A DNA stretch of 64,000 bases from Styela clava. Its lineage: Eukaryota. The first letter of the stretch is position 1; the number at the start of each line of letters is the position of its first letter. The translations under genes were made by a program, and so were the position numbers. Where the stretch lies: NCBI RefSeq assembly GCF_964204865.1, contig NC_135263.1:11036001-11100000 (forward strand), written 5' to 3'. Shown piece by piece: positions 1 through 12,147 of this stretch. The notes beneath the pieces were generated by a model. The model was not told the origin of the DNA, did no database searches, and saw only the letters and a list, made by a program, of their open reading frames with translations.

Positions 1-95
1 TGAAGATTTTGGTCAGAATTACTAATTAGATTATTGAAATACGCAAATTTTCATGGCTCCCGAGAGAAAATGACAATAATGATGATAGCAAGCAA

Positions 96-366
96 TACAA
101 GAATATCGGTCGGAGACCGAAGACTTATCGATCGAAACTGCGGTTTCGATTCATGACTCTATACGGACACTGCGTGTCACATCACTAATTAATTAATAAC
201 TCGCTACTTATACGACATAATTCATTCAAAATCGATAGGCTTCTGGTCCGAGATATGATGAATGCACATGCAATTTGGAGCAGATTCAACCTCGCCTTCG
301 TGAGATATCGCGTTCATCTAACAGACAAATACCTATCAAAATACTTATCGATCTTAAGATCGATAA
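96..366 (-). mobile_element. Helentron-associated non-autonomous element (DINE-1/HINE-like), copy 1
   Basis: On the minus strand: sub-terminal inverted motif TTATCGATC...GATCGATAA, GTCTGT-type block, 3' stem-loop TCGGTC-TCC-GACCGA and TTCTTGT end. Homologous to 5200-5482 and 5620-5884. Confidence 0.7.
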
Positions 367-436
367 TGACAATTGGAGACACTTACGTCTTATAAGTTTT
401 TTGTGCAGAAGGCAGAAACGTTTCCAAAATGTGACA

Positions 437-829
437 TACCGTGTTTTCCCGAAAATAAGACCTAACCTGAATTTTAAAAATGATTTTAATATGAGCCATT
501 CCCTTAAAATAAGACCTACTCGATAGCGCGAATTTTTTTTATCTAGTCGATATGAACATAGTGACTTGCAAGATATTCCATAGGATGATGATATGGTTAT
601 TTTTGTATAATAAATGTTTAGCAGTTTTTTTTAAATAAAAATGCGTTATTTATAAGTAAATGGACATCAGTTTTCATCTTTTGTATATTTGAAAATCTCG
701 TAATTCTTTACTTTGTAATTTTGTTTTGGGTAAATGAAATTGAATGACATCGCACAAAAATAAGCCTTATTGGTATTTTTCGAAATAAAATTGAAACAAG
801 ACCGTTTTATTTTTGGGGAAAACACGGTA
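437..829. mobile_element. Tc1/mariner-superfamily (Tc2/pogo-like) MITE
   Basis: Inverted ends TACCGTGTTTTCCC...GGGGAAAACACGGTA with terminal TA; internal AAAATAAGACC repeats. Confidence 0.7.
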
Positions 830-1142
830 GGTCCGCCTTGCATTTAAAAAAAATATATATGCAATATGAATATACCGTATTGATTAGTTTTACAATACAA
901 ATTGGTTTTAGTCACGTAAGAGTGTTTCAGCCAGACATAGTATATGGTTTCAGCGCCACAACATACCTTTGCAAATTTGCCAACTTGATTGGATAGCCAG
1001 TACTATCACAATTCAAAATTGTCATTTAATCAGTTTATTTTATAAAAATGAAAATATCAAAACAAAAGACAGAAAAGTATAATGTGGCATTCAAATACAT
1101 CGTTATGTACTAAAAGTCTATACACAGGAAGCTTCAAAAATA

Positions 1143-2087
1143 TCAGGTTAAATAATCTTCACCAGACGAATTTTCGTCAGAATCTTCTTCCTTAGAACCA
1201 AATTTCGACCATTTCGAGGACGTTGCAGATTCAGAATTTTGGGTGGCAACAGCTACTGTTGTTGACTCATAACACCTTTTCATAGGAACATCTTTTCTCA
1301 TTGAGAAATTTGGTATTTTCGGAGGACTGACACCAACATTTACATTCTCTCTTTCAGGCTTCATAATTTGATCAACTATAAAGTCCTTATCATGCTTTGC
1401 CTGTTTTGTATTGTTTCCTCGCATTTTTCTTTTCCTATTACCTGACCATTCATCAACGTCCAGTGTAGTAGAGGTAATAATATTTTTAATATGATATGGT
1501 GTCATCCGTCTGTCATCTTCATCATCGGACGATTTATGACAACTGTCCTCGGGAATATTGGAACTTTCTTTGAATATTTGCCATTTACTTGTTTGGCTGC
1601 CACCATTGGTAGACTGAGTTTTAGTTCTGACCCCTGAAGTAATTGATGATAACCCTGTAATAATAACAAAATCTGTGTATGATTGAAAAAAATTATCACG
1701 TCAGCTGTAAATAGATCTATAAAAATCGCAAATTGAAATTTTATTATCAAAAAAGCATTGAAAGAAGTATTGCTAGTAAGTAAATACCTTGAACAGTTTC
1801 AACATCCAGATCTGCAATTTCCACGTCTTCCAACTCTCTTTTCTTTATATTGAGTTGTTGCACCATCATCCGACATTCTTTTCCCGAACCCTTGTTACAA
1901 TAGATGTAAGTAAATTGCTTGCCTGAAGAAGTCTAGATTTAAAAATAGCACCAACCTGCCCATACAACTTTTGCTGACTCTGTTTTTCATTGCACATTTT
2001 ACATGTCCATGTTTTACTTTTTCTTATCTGATGTACTTGAAACATGGAACAAGTGAAGCATTTTAAAATCATAAATTCTTGAGGCAT
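1143..2087 (-). CDS. MRNIP: MRN complex-interacting protein (C5orf45 family); coding exons 2087-1956, 1890-1788, 1654-1143
   Basis: N-terminal CxxC...WTCKMC zinc-ribbon (MPQEF...FQVHQ...LYGQ|GSGKECR..VQQLN); SKW motifs; GT-AG introns keep frame across all three exons. Confidence 0.85.
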
Positions 2088-3677
2088 TGTTGTTTATTAA
2101 CTCAGACAGGTCTATATAAAATAAACACTAAAAGTTGCAGGAGTGCATAAACAAAAAATGCTTATCTTCAAATATTAAAATGCAGTCTGGTGATCATGTA
2201 CCTATCAATGCCAACACTCAAAAATAAAGAGAGACGACAACTCTATTTAACTGCAATACTAATATATACTGTGGTAATTCCAATTCATTTTATTCATCCA
2301 TCTGATACACACTTGCAATACACACAAAAACAACTACCATACAGTGTATAAAAAATATGAAAGCATGGATAAAAAACAAAACAAGCAATTATCAGTATTT
2401 GTAATAAAACATTTGCAGCACATGAACAATTTTATACAGAAGCGAATCTTGAATGAAGACAATCCAAATTAAAGTTATATATTATACTAATTCCACATTT
2501 CAATTTTTGACACACACTAGTAACATAAGTACTACAACAGATATATCATACAACAATATAAAATCTTAAATATGGCAAAAAAACTGAACTTTTTTGGTCA
2601 CTTTGCATCTCTAACTATTCATAAAATATACCATATTGAAAACTAAGACCCACCGACATATACTGACAAAAAATAGAGTTCTGATAAAACTTGGGATGAT
2701 ATAATAAATTTGCCTTCAAGTTACTTGGAAATCGATTTTTAATGTAAATATCTTGATATAAAAAAATTGTATATTAGGGTGTGGGTGTATGACAAACAAT
2801 GAGAATGGTTTGATAAAGAAAAAAAATATTTGTTAAACAATTGTTCTCCAGTTTTTCCATAAATTGATGTCTTTGATATCAGTTGAAAAAAAACATCAAA
2901 TATGTGTGCAAATAAGCATATTGAATCATTGAGACAAACAGTACTCGTGCATCAAAAAATACAGTAGCTGACAAGAATACTAAATTACACTGATGCAGTT
3001 TTGGCACCATATTTTTTAAAATAAACACAAATATGGGGGAAATAATAATGCAAAAACCGAATCGAATACATCTTCTATTGATAGAAGAGAATTGCATTAT
3101 CCCCCCAATTTCGCGGATATGTATGCGTGTAACGCAAGGATGCTGTAACAAGGATGCTGAATTAGGATGACTATTCTATTTGATTCAAGAGTCTTGCTCC
3201 ACACCAACAAAAATGTATTCCGCTAACGTTTCGTCAGAATTGTTCAGACAAATTTTCCAATATTCTACATTATTCCCAGCTGAAAATTGCTTGCCTGAAG
3301 AAGTCCTAACTATCAGCAAGAGAATTAGGATAGGTAACATGTAGCATGAACCTAATGAATGCAATAGGCAGTAATATGTAGGTAATAAAAAGTGAGATAA
3401 TTAAGTGAACTATAAATTAATGGAAAATTCATTTTCAACAGCATTACGAATTATATATTTGAGACCATGACATGAAATCATGGGGTAAACTATCACTATT
3501 CCGTAACACTAAATTGAACAACTTTAGATGGCTCATAAAATTATTTTGCATTTGAAAATTCATAACATAATTCAGTACTGCAAAAATTATTAAATTCTAT
3601 GTGTGTATGAACTTAGTTAGTGTGTGCATAGCAATATATACAATTCTAAGAATTTAGTAGTCTCCTACTAATGCAAT

Positions 3678-4820
3678 TTAAAACATTAAATGTGCATAAA
3701 CTAAACCAAATACAGTTCCCGCTGCAGCGGTTGTTGCATATACCATTCTTCCCGTATGAGAACTCAGAAGCAAGAGGGTCAATCCAACTAAAGATACCGA
3801 AGCAGCAATGGTATTACCGATTGGTGAAACACATCCCATATCAGACACTTGTAGAATTCTATTTTTCAATTCTGCTTTTGAATCTGCATCCGTGATATTG
3901 TTATTATCAAAGCTGTAATACCGCTTCAACAAATTATCCTTCAATTTAAATCGCATGTGGAGCCACTGGAAAGTTGGGCCTTCCATTCCATCTACAACGG
4001 GTACCTCAGATGCAGGTATTCTATTGAATTGTATAAACACTCTGCTGCATTTTCCAGCAAGGAAATCCCACATGGATGGAGCTATGTGTCGAATTCTTTC
4101 ACTTGATTCCTCACCTTTGAATTCATATATGAATGTAGCATCATACACTGCGTCCAAGTAATCACCAAGTGTTGATATTGCACAATGAAAAGCTTTGATC
4201 CTAGGTGTCAAAACATTGTTTAACGGCTCGAGTCGATTTTCAGAAGCATACGCTCGACTCTTTTCTAGAAGAGATGTCTTGCCAGGACAAAATCTTGTAC
4301 CTTCTGGATATATCACTAAATATAATGGGACTTTCCTATCCATGAGCATTTTCAAAGTTTTTTTCATCTTCATTGCGTTATAAGTGCCATCTCTCCTAAC
4401 GAATATACCTCCATGCACACCCCAGACATATCCATAAAGAGGGAAATATTTGAGAATGTTTTTGAATACAAATCGCATATGTCCGATCATACCTTGACGA
4501 AGTGCTATAAAGTCTGCAACAATCCAATCCATTGCAGTCTGATGGTTGCATATCATTAAAACATTTTCAATTTTGTCAGGTATGTCACCTTTTACAATAA
4601 TTTCCACGCCAGTACATGCCTCAAACACGAACACAACAAATTTTTGATACCACCCCCAAATAGCATCCTCAACTGGATAAAACATATTTCTTGGTAATAC
4701 AGTTGACACAAGTCGCCAGGATGAGTGCACAATGAAAATCGTTGGTGAAACAGCAACTAATGCAGCCGTTGGCACAATAGGGCGCAAATTATTCAAGTGC
4801 GCCAATGCTGTTAATAGCAT
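3678..4820 (-). CDS. AGPAT5: 1-acyl-sn-glycerol-3-phosphate acyltransferase epsilon, intronless CDS
   Basis: 380-aa ORF with acyltransferase motifs NHQTAMD, FVRR, YPEGTR, VLTPRIKAF and AVYDAT; C-terminal TM segments. Confidence 0.9.
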   Translation of the reverse strand: MLLTALAHLNNLRPIVPTAALVAVSPTIFIVHSSWRLVSTVLPRNMFYPVEDAIWGWYQKFVVFVFEACTGVEIIVKGDIPDKIENVLMICNHQTAMDWIVADFIALRQGMIGHMRFVFKNILKYFPLYGYVWGVHGGIFVRRDGTYNAMKMKKTLKMLMDRKVPLYLVIYPEGTRFCPGKTSLLEKSRAYASENRLEPLNNVLTPRIKAFHCAISTLGDYLDAVYDATFIYEFKGEESSERIRHIAPSMWDFLAGKCSRVFIQFNRIPASEVPVVDGMEGPTFQWLHMRFKLKDNLLKRYYSFDNNNITDADSKAELKNRILQVSDMGCVSPIGNTIAASVSLVGLTLLLLSSHTGRMVYATTAAAGTVFGLVYAHLMF

Positions 4821-5199
4821 TTTGTAAGATAAGGTATTGCCACTGATAAAATTTATTAAACAATTTCATGAATCTAAAAATATATCATAACAGTTGAAAT
4901 TAGATTGATTAATCTACAACACATACCAAAAAAACATGAATGTCATTGTAATTTAACTCTCCGAAGTCACCCTAGGAAATTACTGAGACTCATCATTTAC
5001 TGATTTATAACTTGAATCAAAGAAGAAATAAAAAAGCAATCAGAAAATTCCAGCTAATATTTCCCAGATTTCTTTTTTTTAATATGTGTTAATACAAGAA
5101 CACAATGAAGTTCATCACATTCCGCTCTTGTAACTTGCGCACTGCGCATCGCACACACACACTCGGCGGGTTTCAAAATTCTCTCCTTTACAAAAATCT

Positions 5200-5482
5200 A
5201 GATCACTATATCAATAATTGATTGATAACTCGCTAATTATACGACATAATTCGCCCAAAATCAATAGGCTTCTGGTCCGAGATAAGATGAAAGCACATGC
5301 AAAATCTGGCGCAGATTCAATCTCGCTTTCGTGAGATATCGCGTGCATCTAACAGACACACACACAGACAGACATACATACAGACAAATACCTATCAATA
5401 TACTTACTGATCTTAAGATCGAAACGTAACAAACAAACAGACAAATACCTATCAACAAACTTACCGATCAAGATCGATAAGT
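5200..5482 (-). mobile_element. HINE/DINE-1-like element, copy 2 (lacks stem-loop end; terminal block duplicated)
   Basis: Homology to 96-366; CA/CAGA microsatellite; CAGACAAATACCTATCAA present twice. Confidence 0.65.
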
Positions 5483-5619
5483 AAAAAATGCAAAGTACCG
5501 GTAGTATCTAGTTCTCGTATAAACCCTAAAACAGTCTGCAGATGCACGCTTGAAAAGGCAAGACGTTACATTGATTAATAGCATTGTTATGTCATAAACG
5601 ATGTTAGAGCCAATTGCTA

Positions 5620-5884
5620 AACAAGAATATCGGTCGGAGACCGATGACTTATCGATCGATTCATGCGCTCTTACTCCATAGTGACACCGTGTGTCCCGTC
5701 ACTAATTAATTAATAACTCGCTAATTATACGATATAATTCGTCCAAAATCAATAGGCTTTTGATGATGAATGCACATGCAAAATTTGGAGGGGATCGAGT
5801 AACATACGAAAGTGTCTAACAGACAAACATACAAACAGACAAATACCTATCAACATACTTACCGATCTTAAAATCGATTAGTAT
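5620..5884 (-). mobile_element. HINE/DINE-1-like element, copy 3
   Basis: AACAAGAATATCGGTCGGAGACCGA...CTTACCGATCTTAAAATCGAT, colinear with copy 1. Confidence 0.7.
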
Positions 5885-6229
5885 TAACAGTACACATCAG
5901 TGCAGACAAACGTTCAAGATTAGGGATTTTAAAAATCACCATACCGTCCGAAAATTAGCAATTTGAATATGAGCGATCGGAGCCCTGACTGCCCAACTGA
6001 CGGTACATTATAATAGGTTAGTTATTGTTAGATTAATTTAAGGCCGGTTTCATCAATTTTGATCACTGATTTTTTTTTATTCGTGCCTTGGTGGGTCACG
6101 AATAAATTGCGGTGGGTCACTTTGTTACCCGCGGGTCAGTGGTTCGCCATCCCTGCCCTAAAATAAAGATCCGAAGTATACGACTTTTTTTTCAGAAAAC
6201 AGCGTCGTCTTTGCTGATTCATTAAAAAA

Positions 6230-7420
6230 TAAAACAATAAATGAATAAAGTGAAGATTATAAACAATAAGATTGCTGACCATCAAGATCTGCAAAAATAT
6301 TTATCAGAAAAGTTTTTGCCAGCACTTTAAGAGTTTGTAATCAAGCCGCTTAGCATAAAACATTTGGAAAAACTATGGACAAACAATAATTGTCTAAGTA
6401 TAAACAATATTATGAAGTTAGATTTGCAGTGGAAACCACATAAATTGCCAGATTTGGTAAGACACCTCCAAAATGCTGTCCACCTTCAATACGGAGACTT
6501 GAAGTTGGCGATTCGTGGAAAAGGCAATCATTCGTTAACAGGGTCTTACTAAAAGCGTCTTAGAACTCATGCAGTCTGGTGCTCGATGAACGTTGACGAA
6601 AAAGACAAATCGTTTGAGAAGTTTATGAAAAAAAGAATTCGCACACAAGAAAATTTTACCCTTATAAATACGACAAACGCCAGTGTAATCAAATTTAGAA
6701 CAGTCACTGTCCAAGAAATTGCAAGGAAACCGGGCCAAAAACGTAGACCCCGATCAGATAAAGTAAATTATCAAAATGTGGCAAAAATAACAAAAAGTTA
6801 TATAAATGATTTGCGGTTGAAAGTTTCGGGCATTCGTTGGATGAATGATTCATTGATACGCAATTTCATTGACAAATTTGTTATGTTTTGTGACGAAATA
6901 CTATTTAGTATATTTTGTAGAAGTTTCTTTTCATGAAAACTTTTTTTTTAATTTTGCTTTGTGGTGTAGGTGTGCTCATATTGTGCCATGTTAGGTTATT
7001 TACGGATGTTGAAGATTACAGATATAAACTCGGGATCATTTCCTACTACTTTATACCATTTCCCATCAAATTGTTTAAAATTTTACCGACGCTAATAAAT
7101 AATAAAAGAAAAATGTTGCGTTTGCTGGATTTATGAAGTGGGGAATCGCGCTTTTTCACTGATGTTTTATATGAATAGTTTTATGACTTTTAACCCAAAC
7201 ATATTTATTGATATGTATATATCCAATTTTAAGGTTCCAGGAATCAGAAGAATGCAGCTAGTCCGCCATGAGTCAATCAAGCATGTTATTAAGATTATGC
7301 CGGACATCAAAGTCAATTTCGACTTTGAACATATAAAACAGATTCGGTTACGTGGATACAATAAAAATTCTAACTGTGGCATTGCACTGTATATTTTATT
7401 CGATGAACGGATTAAATGAA
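6230..7420 (+). pseudogene. Decayed Mutator (MULE/Rehavkus-like) transposase C-terminal region with Ulp1-like protease remnant
   Basis: Fragmented ORFs with WTNNNCLSINN (resembles the MULE WTNNxxESxN motif), RWMNDSLIRNFI (resembles Ulp1 WLNDEVINFY) and NSNCG (resembles Ulp1 QxNxxDCG); multiple stops and frameshifts. Confidence 0.5.
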
Positions 7421-10400
7421 ATAAATATTAATTGGTGTAAATCAATATATATAGATGCGGTTTTATTTGTCACTATGATATCCATGTGGATCATAGTATC
7501 GTGTGGAATTATAAAAACATTAATCAGTATGTTATGTTATGGAATATCGTTGAAAACCGGACTTAAATGAGCGCTTTCTTCAACGTTTTGTCTACTTTGC
7601 GCAGTCAGTCGATGAAAAATCAAACGATTTATTGTATCGTATAAAACCAGATAATCGAAAATTGACTGCGATCGAAATATAATATAATACTACTAATCTT
7701 TCTAGTAGCATTCACTATGCACTATGTAGTTGTCGTTGTAGTTGTGGGTATTGGTATGAGGCTACATATACGGTGACGTAATTTGTCTTTCATCTTTCAC
7801 TATTTGAATGGTTTGTCCCATTATTTACGAAAAAAAAACATTCTCGCTTTTGTCTAAAATTTTGGTGAGATGTTTCAACACTCCGTGCTTTTTAAATGTG
7901 CTTTATCCATTTGAGGCTGACCAAAAAAAAAGCGGAATTGGTACGTAAAAGTTGCATTTCATGAACAATATTTACAGTGTAACGAAAGCAAATAGGGACA
8001 ACAATAAGCCTCGTGTCAAAACTAAATTTGATCTCCACAAATTTCTTTTGAGCTATTTTTACGCTAAAGCCTCAAAATGTGGTTGTGGAAGTATCAGGCG
8101 GACCAGATTGAATTGCCCCACGAGCCGGATTCGGCCCGCGGGCCGTAGCTTGCCCATGTCAGATTTAGACCATTAACAGTGATTCCAAATGAACGTGTAA
8201 TGAACTATCTTGCCACACGTGTTACACCGTGGTAAAATGCCCAAATGAAATGTTTTTAGCCCTGAAAAACATCAGAAACTAGATGAACCGGAATAAATAA
8301 TATGTGAACGTTGAAATGATTGAAGGAGCGTGCTATTATCCGCCCAGAATGTATTGAAGCAAACAGTTTTTTTCTGAATACTTTATGATTGCATTAATAT
8401 TATGTAAAATTTAATTCGTATCATTTTTTTATTATTTTCCAAGCAGAATTATTCGTCTTTTACTAAATTGCTGTGGGATTGGGGTGTGCTTTATACACAG
8501 AGCTGAATTCCATTCGAAATGGAAAGGATCAAATCAACTTCTATATGATCTCGATATAGTAATGTAATTCTTTCATTTTGCACCGTACAATCTGATTTCT
8601 TGAAAATTCTAAACACTTTTGCATTAGTGAACGTTTATATTTATTTTGTGTTGCTTTGTTCTAAGAAGATTTATTTTTTCCCATGTGCCCAGGGGATATT
8701 GTGTAGTTTCTTACCTCAATAACTTCTAAGGGGCTTGGCGTAACAATTTGAGTACGGTTGTCGCTATCAGTGTTTGTTTGTTTTTAAATTCTGGAACGAA
8801 CCTGATTATGTGAACATATTTACCAAAATTTCACGTGTTGACGAAATATGTAAGCTTGCTTGGTTAGCTTATTGATTTCAAATGAATCGGGATTTTGCCT
8901 AATTAATTAAAATGTCCATCGCCAACTCAGTGCAAGGTTTACAGCAATTTTATATTTGTAGTGACCTGTATCAACATTGAAATACGAAGGTTTAACAACG
9001 GCCGCGTAGATTCAATATCGTAATATAGATAACTACTTCAGTTTGCATCCGCAGTCTGATTACTTGAAACTTGAGAAACCTTTGCATTGGCAATTTTTTA
9101 TATATATATATTTATTTTATGCTGCTCTGTTTCAGAAATGTTCTAGTTGTTTTGTCACTATTAACATGAGAATACTATAATGCGCTGTTGGCTATGAAAA
9201 TGTTCTTGAAAATAAACTTTCTGAAATTTCATTTCAACTTTTTCATTTCAAATTGATTTGACTCAGAAATAACGATATTAAATAATAATTATGCAAACCC
9301 CATGTATTTTCTACTTTTGGGAGAACTGTTCTGCAATCTTCGTTAATATTAAATCTAGGATTGGGATGGGCATTTTCACAGAGCATCTGAATTTTGCCAA
9401 TTTGGTTATTTTAATTTTAAAATGCAATAGTTTTTAACTTTTAAGCACCCGTGTATCGAATGCAGCGTTTACATCTGCTTAATTTTTGATTTAATAAAAA
9501 CTACTGAAGATAAGATTATATTTTTGTTTAAAATTTGGGTTTTATCGGGCAGTGCATTGCTCTTTTTTTTAATAAGTGCTAAATCAAGTTGTACTTTCTG
9601 GAAATTTATAGCAGATAGTAGGATTTTTCTGACGGCGATAACAAATTCGCAAAAAAATATGTATCAAAACTGAATATAATCGTGCAATATATTCTCACAT
9701 TATTATGTTCGCAGATTGCCGTGGCATTTTAAGGAAGTAATGCTTTCATCTTGTCGTAAGTCGACGCAACCGCGAGTTACCATGAACACAATTAAATTAA
9801 AATAGAAAGACATTTTAAATTTTCGTCGTTGTCATGGACTGCATATTGTGCGACAGAAAAGGCCATTATACACTGAAAAAGTGTGCTCTTTTAACAAACA
9901 CGTAACTGCGACGAATTTACGGTTTTGAAATTCGTTAAAAAATTCATGTTGTGTTTGGTTTTATTGCTTCTTCACACATAGTACGGTTGCAATAAACGTA
10001 AACGCATCTTGAGTCCGCAGAGGTTTTTGCCGGTGAGAAAATAAATAGTCCGCGACAAAAAAAGGTTGAGAAATGCTGCCGTATATCTCGTGCTTCAGTT
10101 CTTCAACTGACTGACAATTTCTACATTCATGAATTATACCCTGCTAAAAATGATGCTCAAATAGGTCAATATGGCGGAGAAACTTTTCGTTCGACTAGAA
10201 AAATTCCTATTGTTACTTCTGTGCTGACACCGAAATCCTCTGACATAAATAGCACACAGAGGACTTGCATTTTATTGAAATTTACAACTTATCATCCACT
10301 CCGGGGACACAAGAAACAAAAGCAGGTAAAGGATGGTTATATGGCTAATCCCTTAATGATAATCTTTCTTATCCCGAAACCTAGTTTGCTCCGAATTCTA

Positions 10401-12147
10401 AATTAAGTGGTTCATAATTGTTTCATTGAAATTAGCTATAAATTGTTTCAAGCTAAGATTCGATACTTCAAAGAAGTAGTCCTTAACCGATTGGCGAAGA
10501 ATTTTAAAGATTTAAGCAACATTTAGACGACGAGCGGCCCAAGCAAATAATTACATTAGCTCTAAGGACCATTTCATTTGAGTAGAATTCACTTGATTTC
10601 TAGAAATATTTACTCTTATATTTGTGTTGATATGTGATGAAGTCCTAAATTCATTAAAATATTTGATACCTACCTGCGCTGAGGAGCCTGTACCTGATTT
10701 AAGGAGGCTGTAATAAAACGTAATGGCACAGGAAAAAGTTACGTCATAATCTGTACGTTTTAATTTTTCTTAAGGATTCGTTCGCTTCCCAGATTCTGTA
10801 ATCAGTTTCGTTTACTTTGTTTATCAATTATTTTATCGTCTTTTTTGCTGACTATGAGGTCAAAATAAACTTATAACTTATAAAATAAGAGGTATTTGAC
10901 GTAACCAAATTTTTAACTTTTCAAACGGGAAATATTTGGTACAAAAATTATTTGAACTGATAATAAAAAAATAAAAACATTTTAGGGCATCGAATATTGT
11001 ATTGATTAAATTTTGGTGTGGGAGGAAGATGGCCCTGTGCGTGTTCTCACGCTAGCACTATTTAACGTACTTTAGCGGAATAACCCTAAATGACTCCTCA
11101 CATGTCAAAAAGTACACAATAGATTGTAATGCAGTGTTATAGCAATGAATTAATCCATATACAGATATATTGAAATATACACTTAAACTTTCATACGAGT
11201 TAAACAGTTGAAATTCAAGTCAGTAATGCCGCAAAGAAAAACATGAAAAGGCTATATTCTCAACTCTCGAGCGGAGGCCGGGAACACGTCACTGATTGCT
11301 CCACTGGTAGTTTATAAATCACCATTTGATGAAACAGTCCTGATTACTTATTGTCATTGAATTCAATAAGCTAATAAAACAAAGCAGTGTAATAACAATA
11401 AAATTCATATTTACAAGCTGCATTCATTACGCTACACTGAACGCGTTTTTACAAATAAGTGATAGTTTCTGGTTGTTTAATTACAATAGAACAAGGTTAA
11501 CACAATCTTGAAGCAGCCCAAGTGAACATGCTTAGGCAAGACGAGTTCGATATTTTCATTCAATATCACTCTTGTAGGATTTTGTTTCTAAAAATTATAT
11601 TGTATTATTATTAATATACTTGGGGCGGCCAGTAACACTTGAGCTGATAACTAAACATCTTCCTAATAATGATCGAATCCACCTGAGCGGATTCTCTGGC
11701 ACATAATAAAAGGAGGTTCAAATGATTACAATAAGCACATATTACACTATAAAATGTTGCTTAATACAATAATAAGTAGTCCTATATTACAACTAGTATG
11801 TACAACATCATGAGTACCAACAGGGGAATAATATGCATATATCTATTGTCGATACAATCTTCACTTATATCGCTTTAAAACATGTTCAACATTTAGCCAG
11901 AGTAGAACAATTTTTTCACAAAACAATTTCCAAGTTTGGTATTATCCAAGTAATTGAAATTTAAACAAAATGATATAATAAGATGTCAGAAAGTGATCAT
12001 GCATTGTAATGACATTTGTAGAGTAATGGACACTTCAAACATGACAGATACTAAAATAGTATTGGGTAATAATCATTTTTCTACAACTATGGTAAATGAA
12101 TCAAAGTAGCTACAAACTTATGATACATTTCAAAAAGTGTGAATAAT

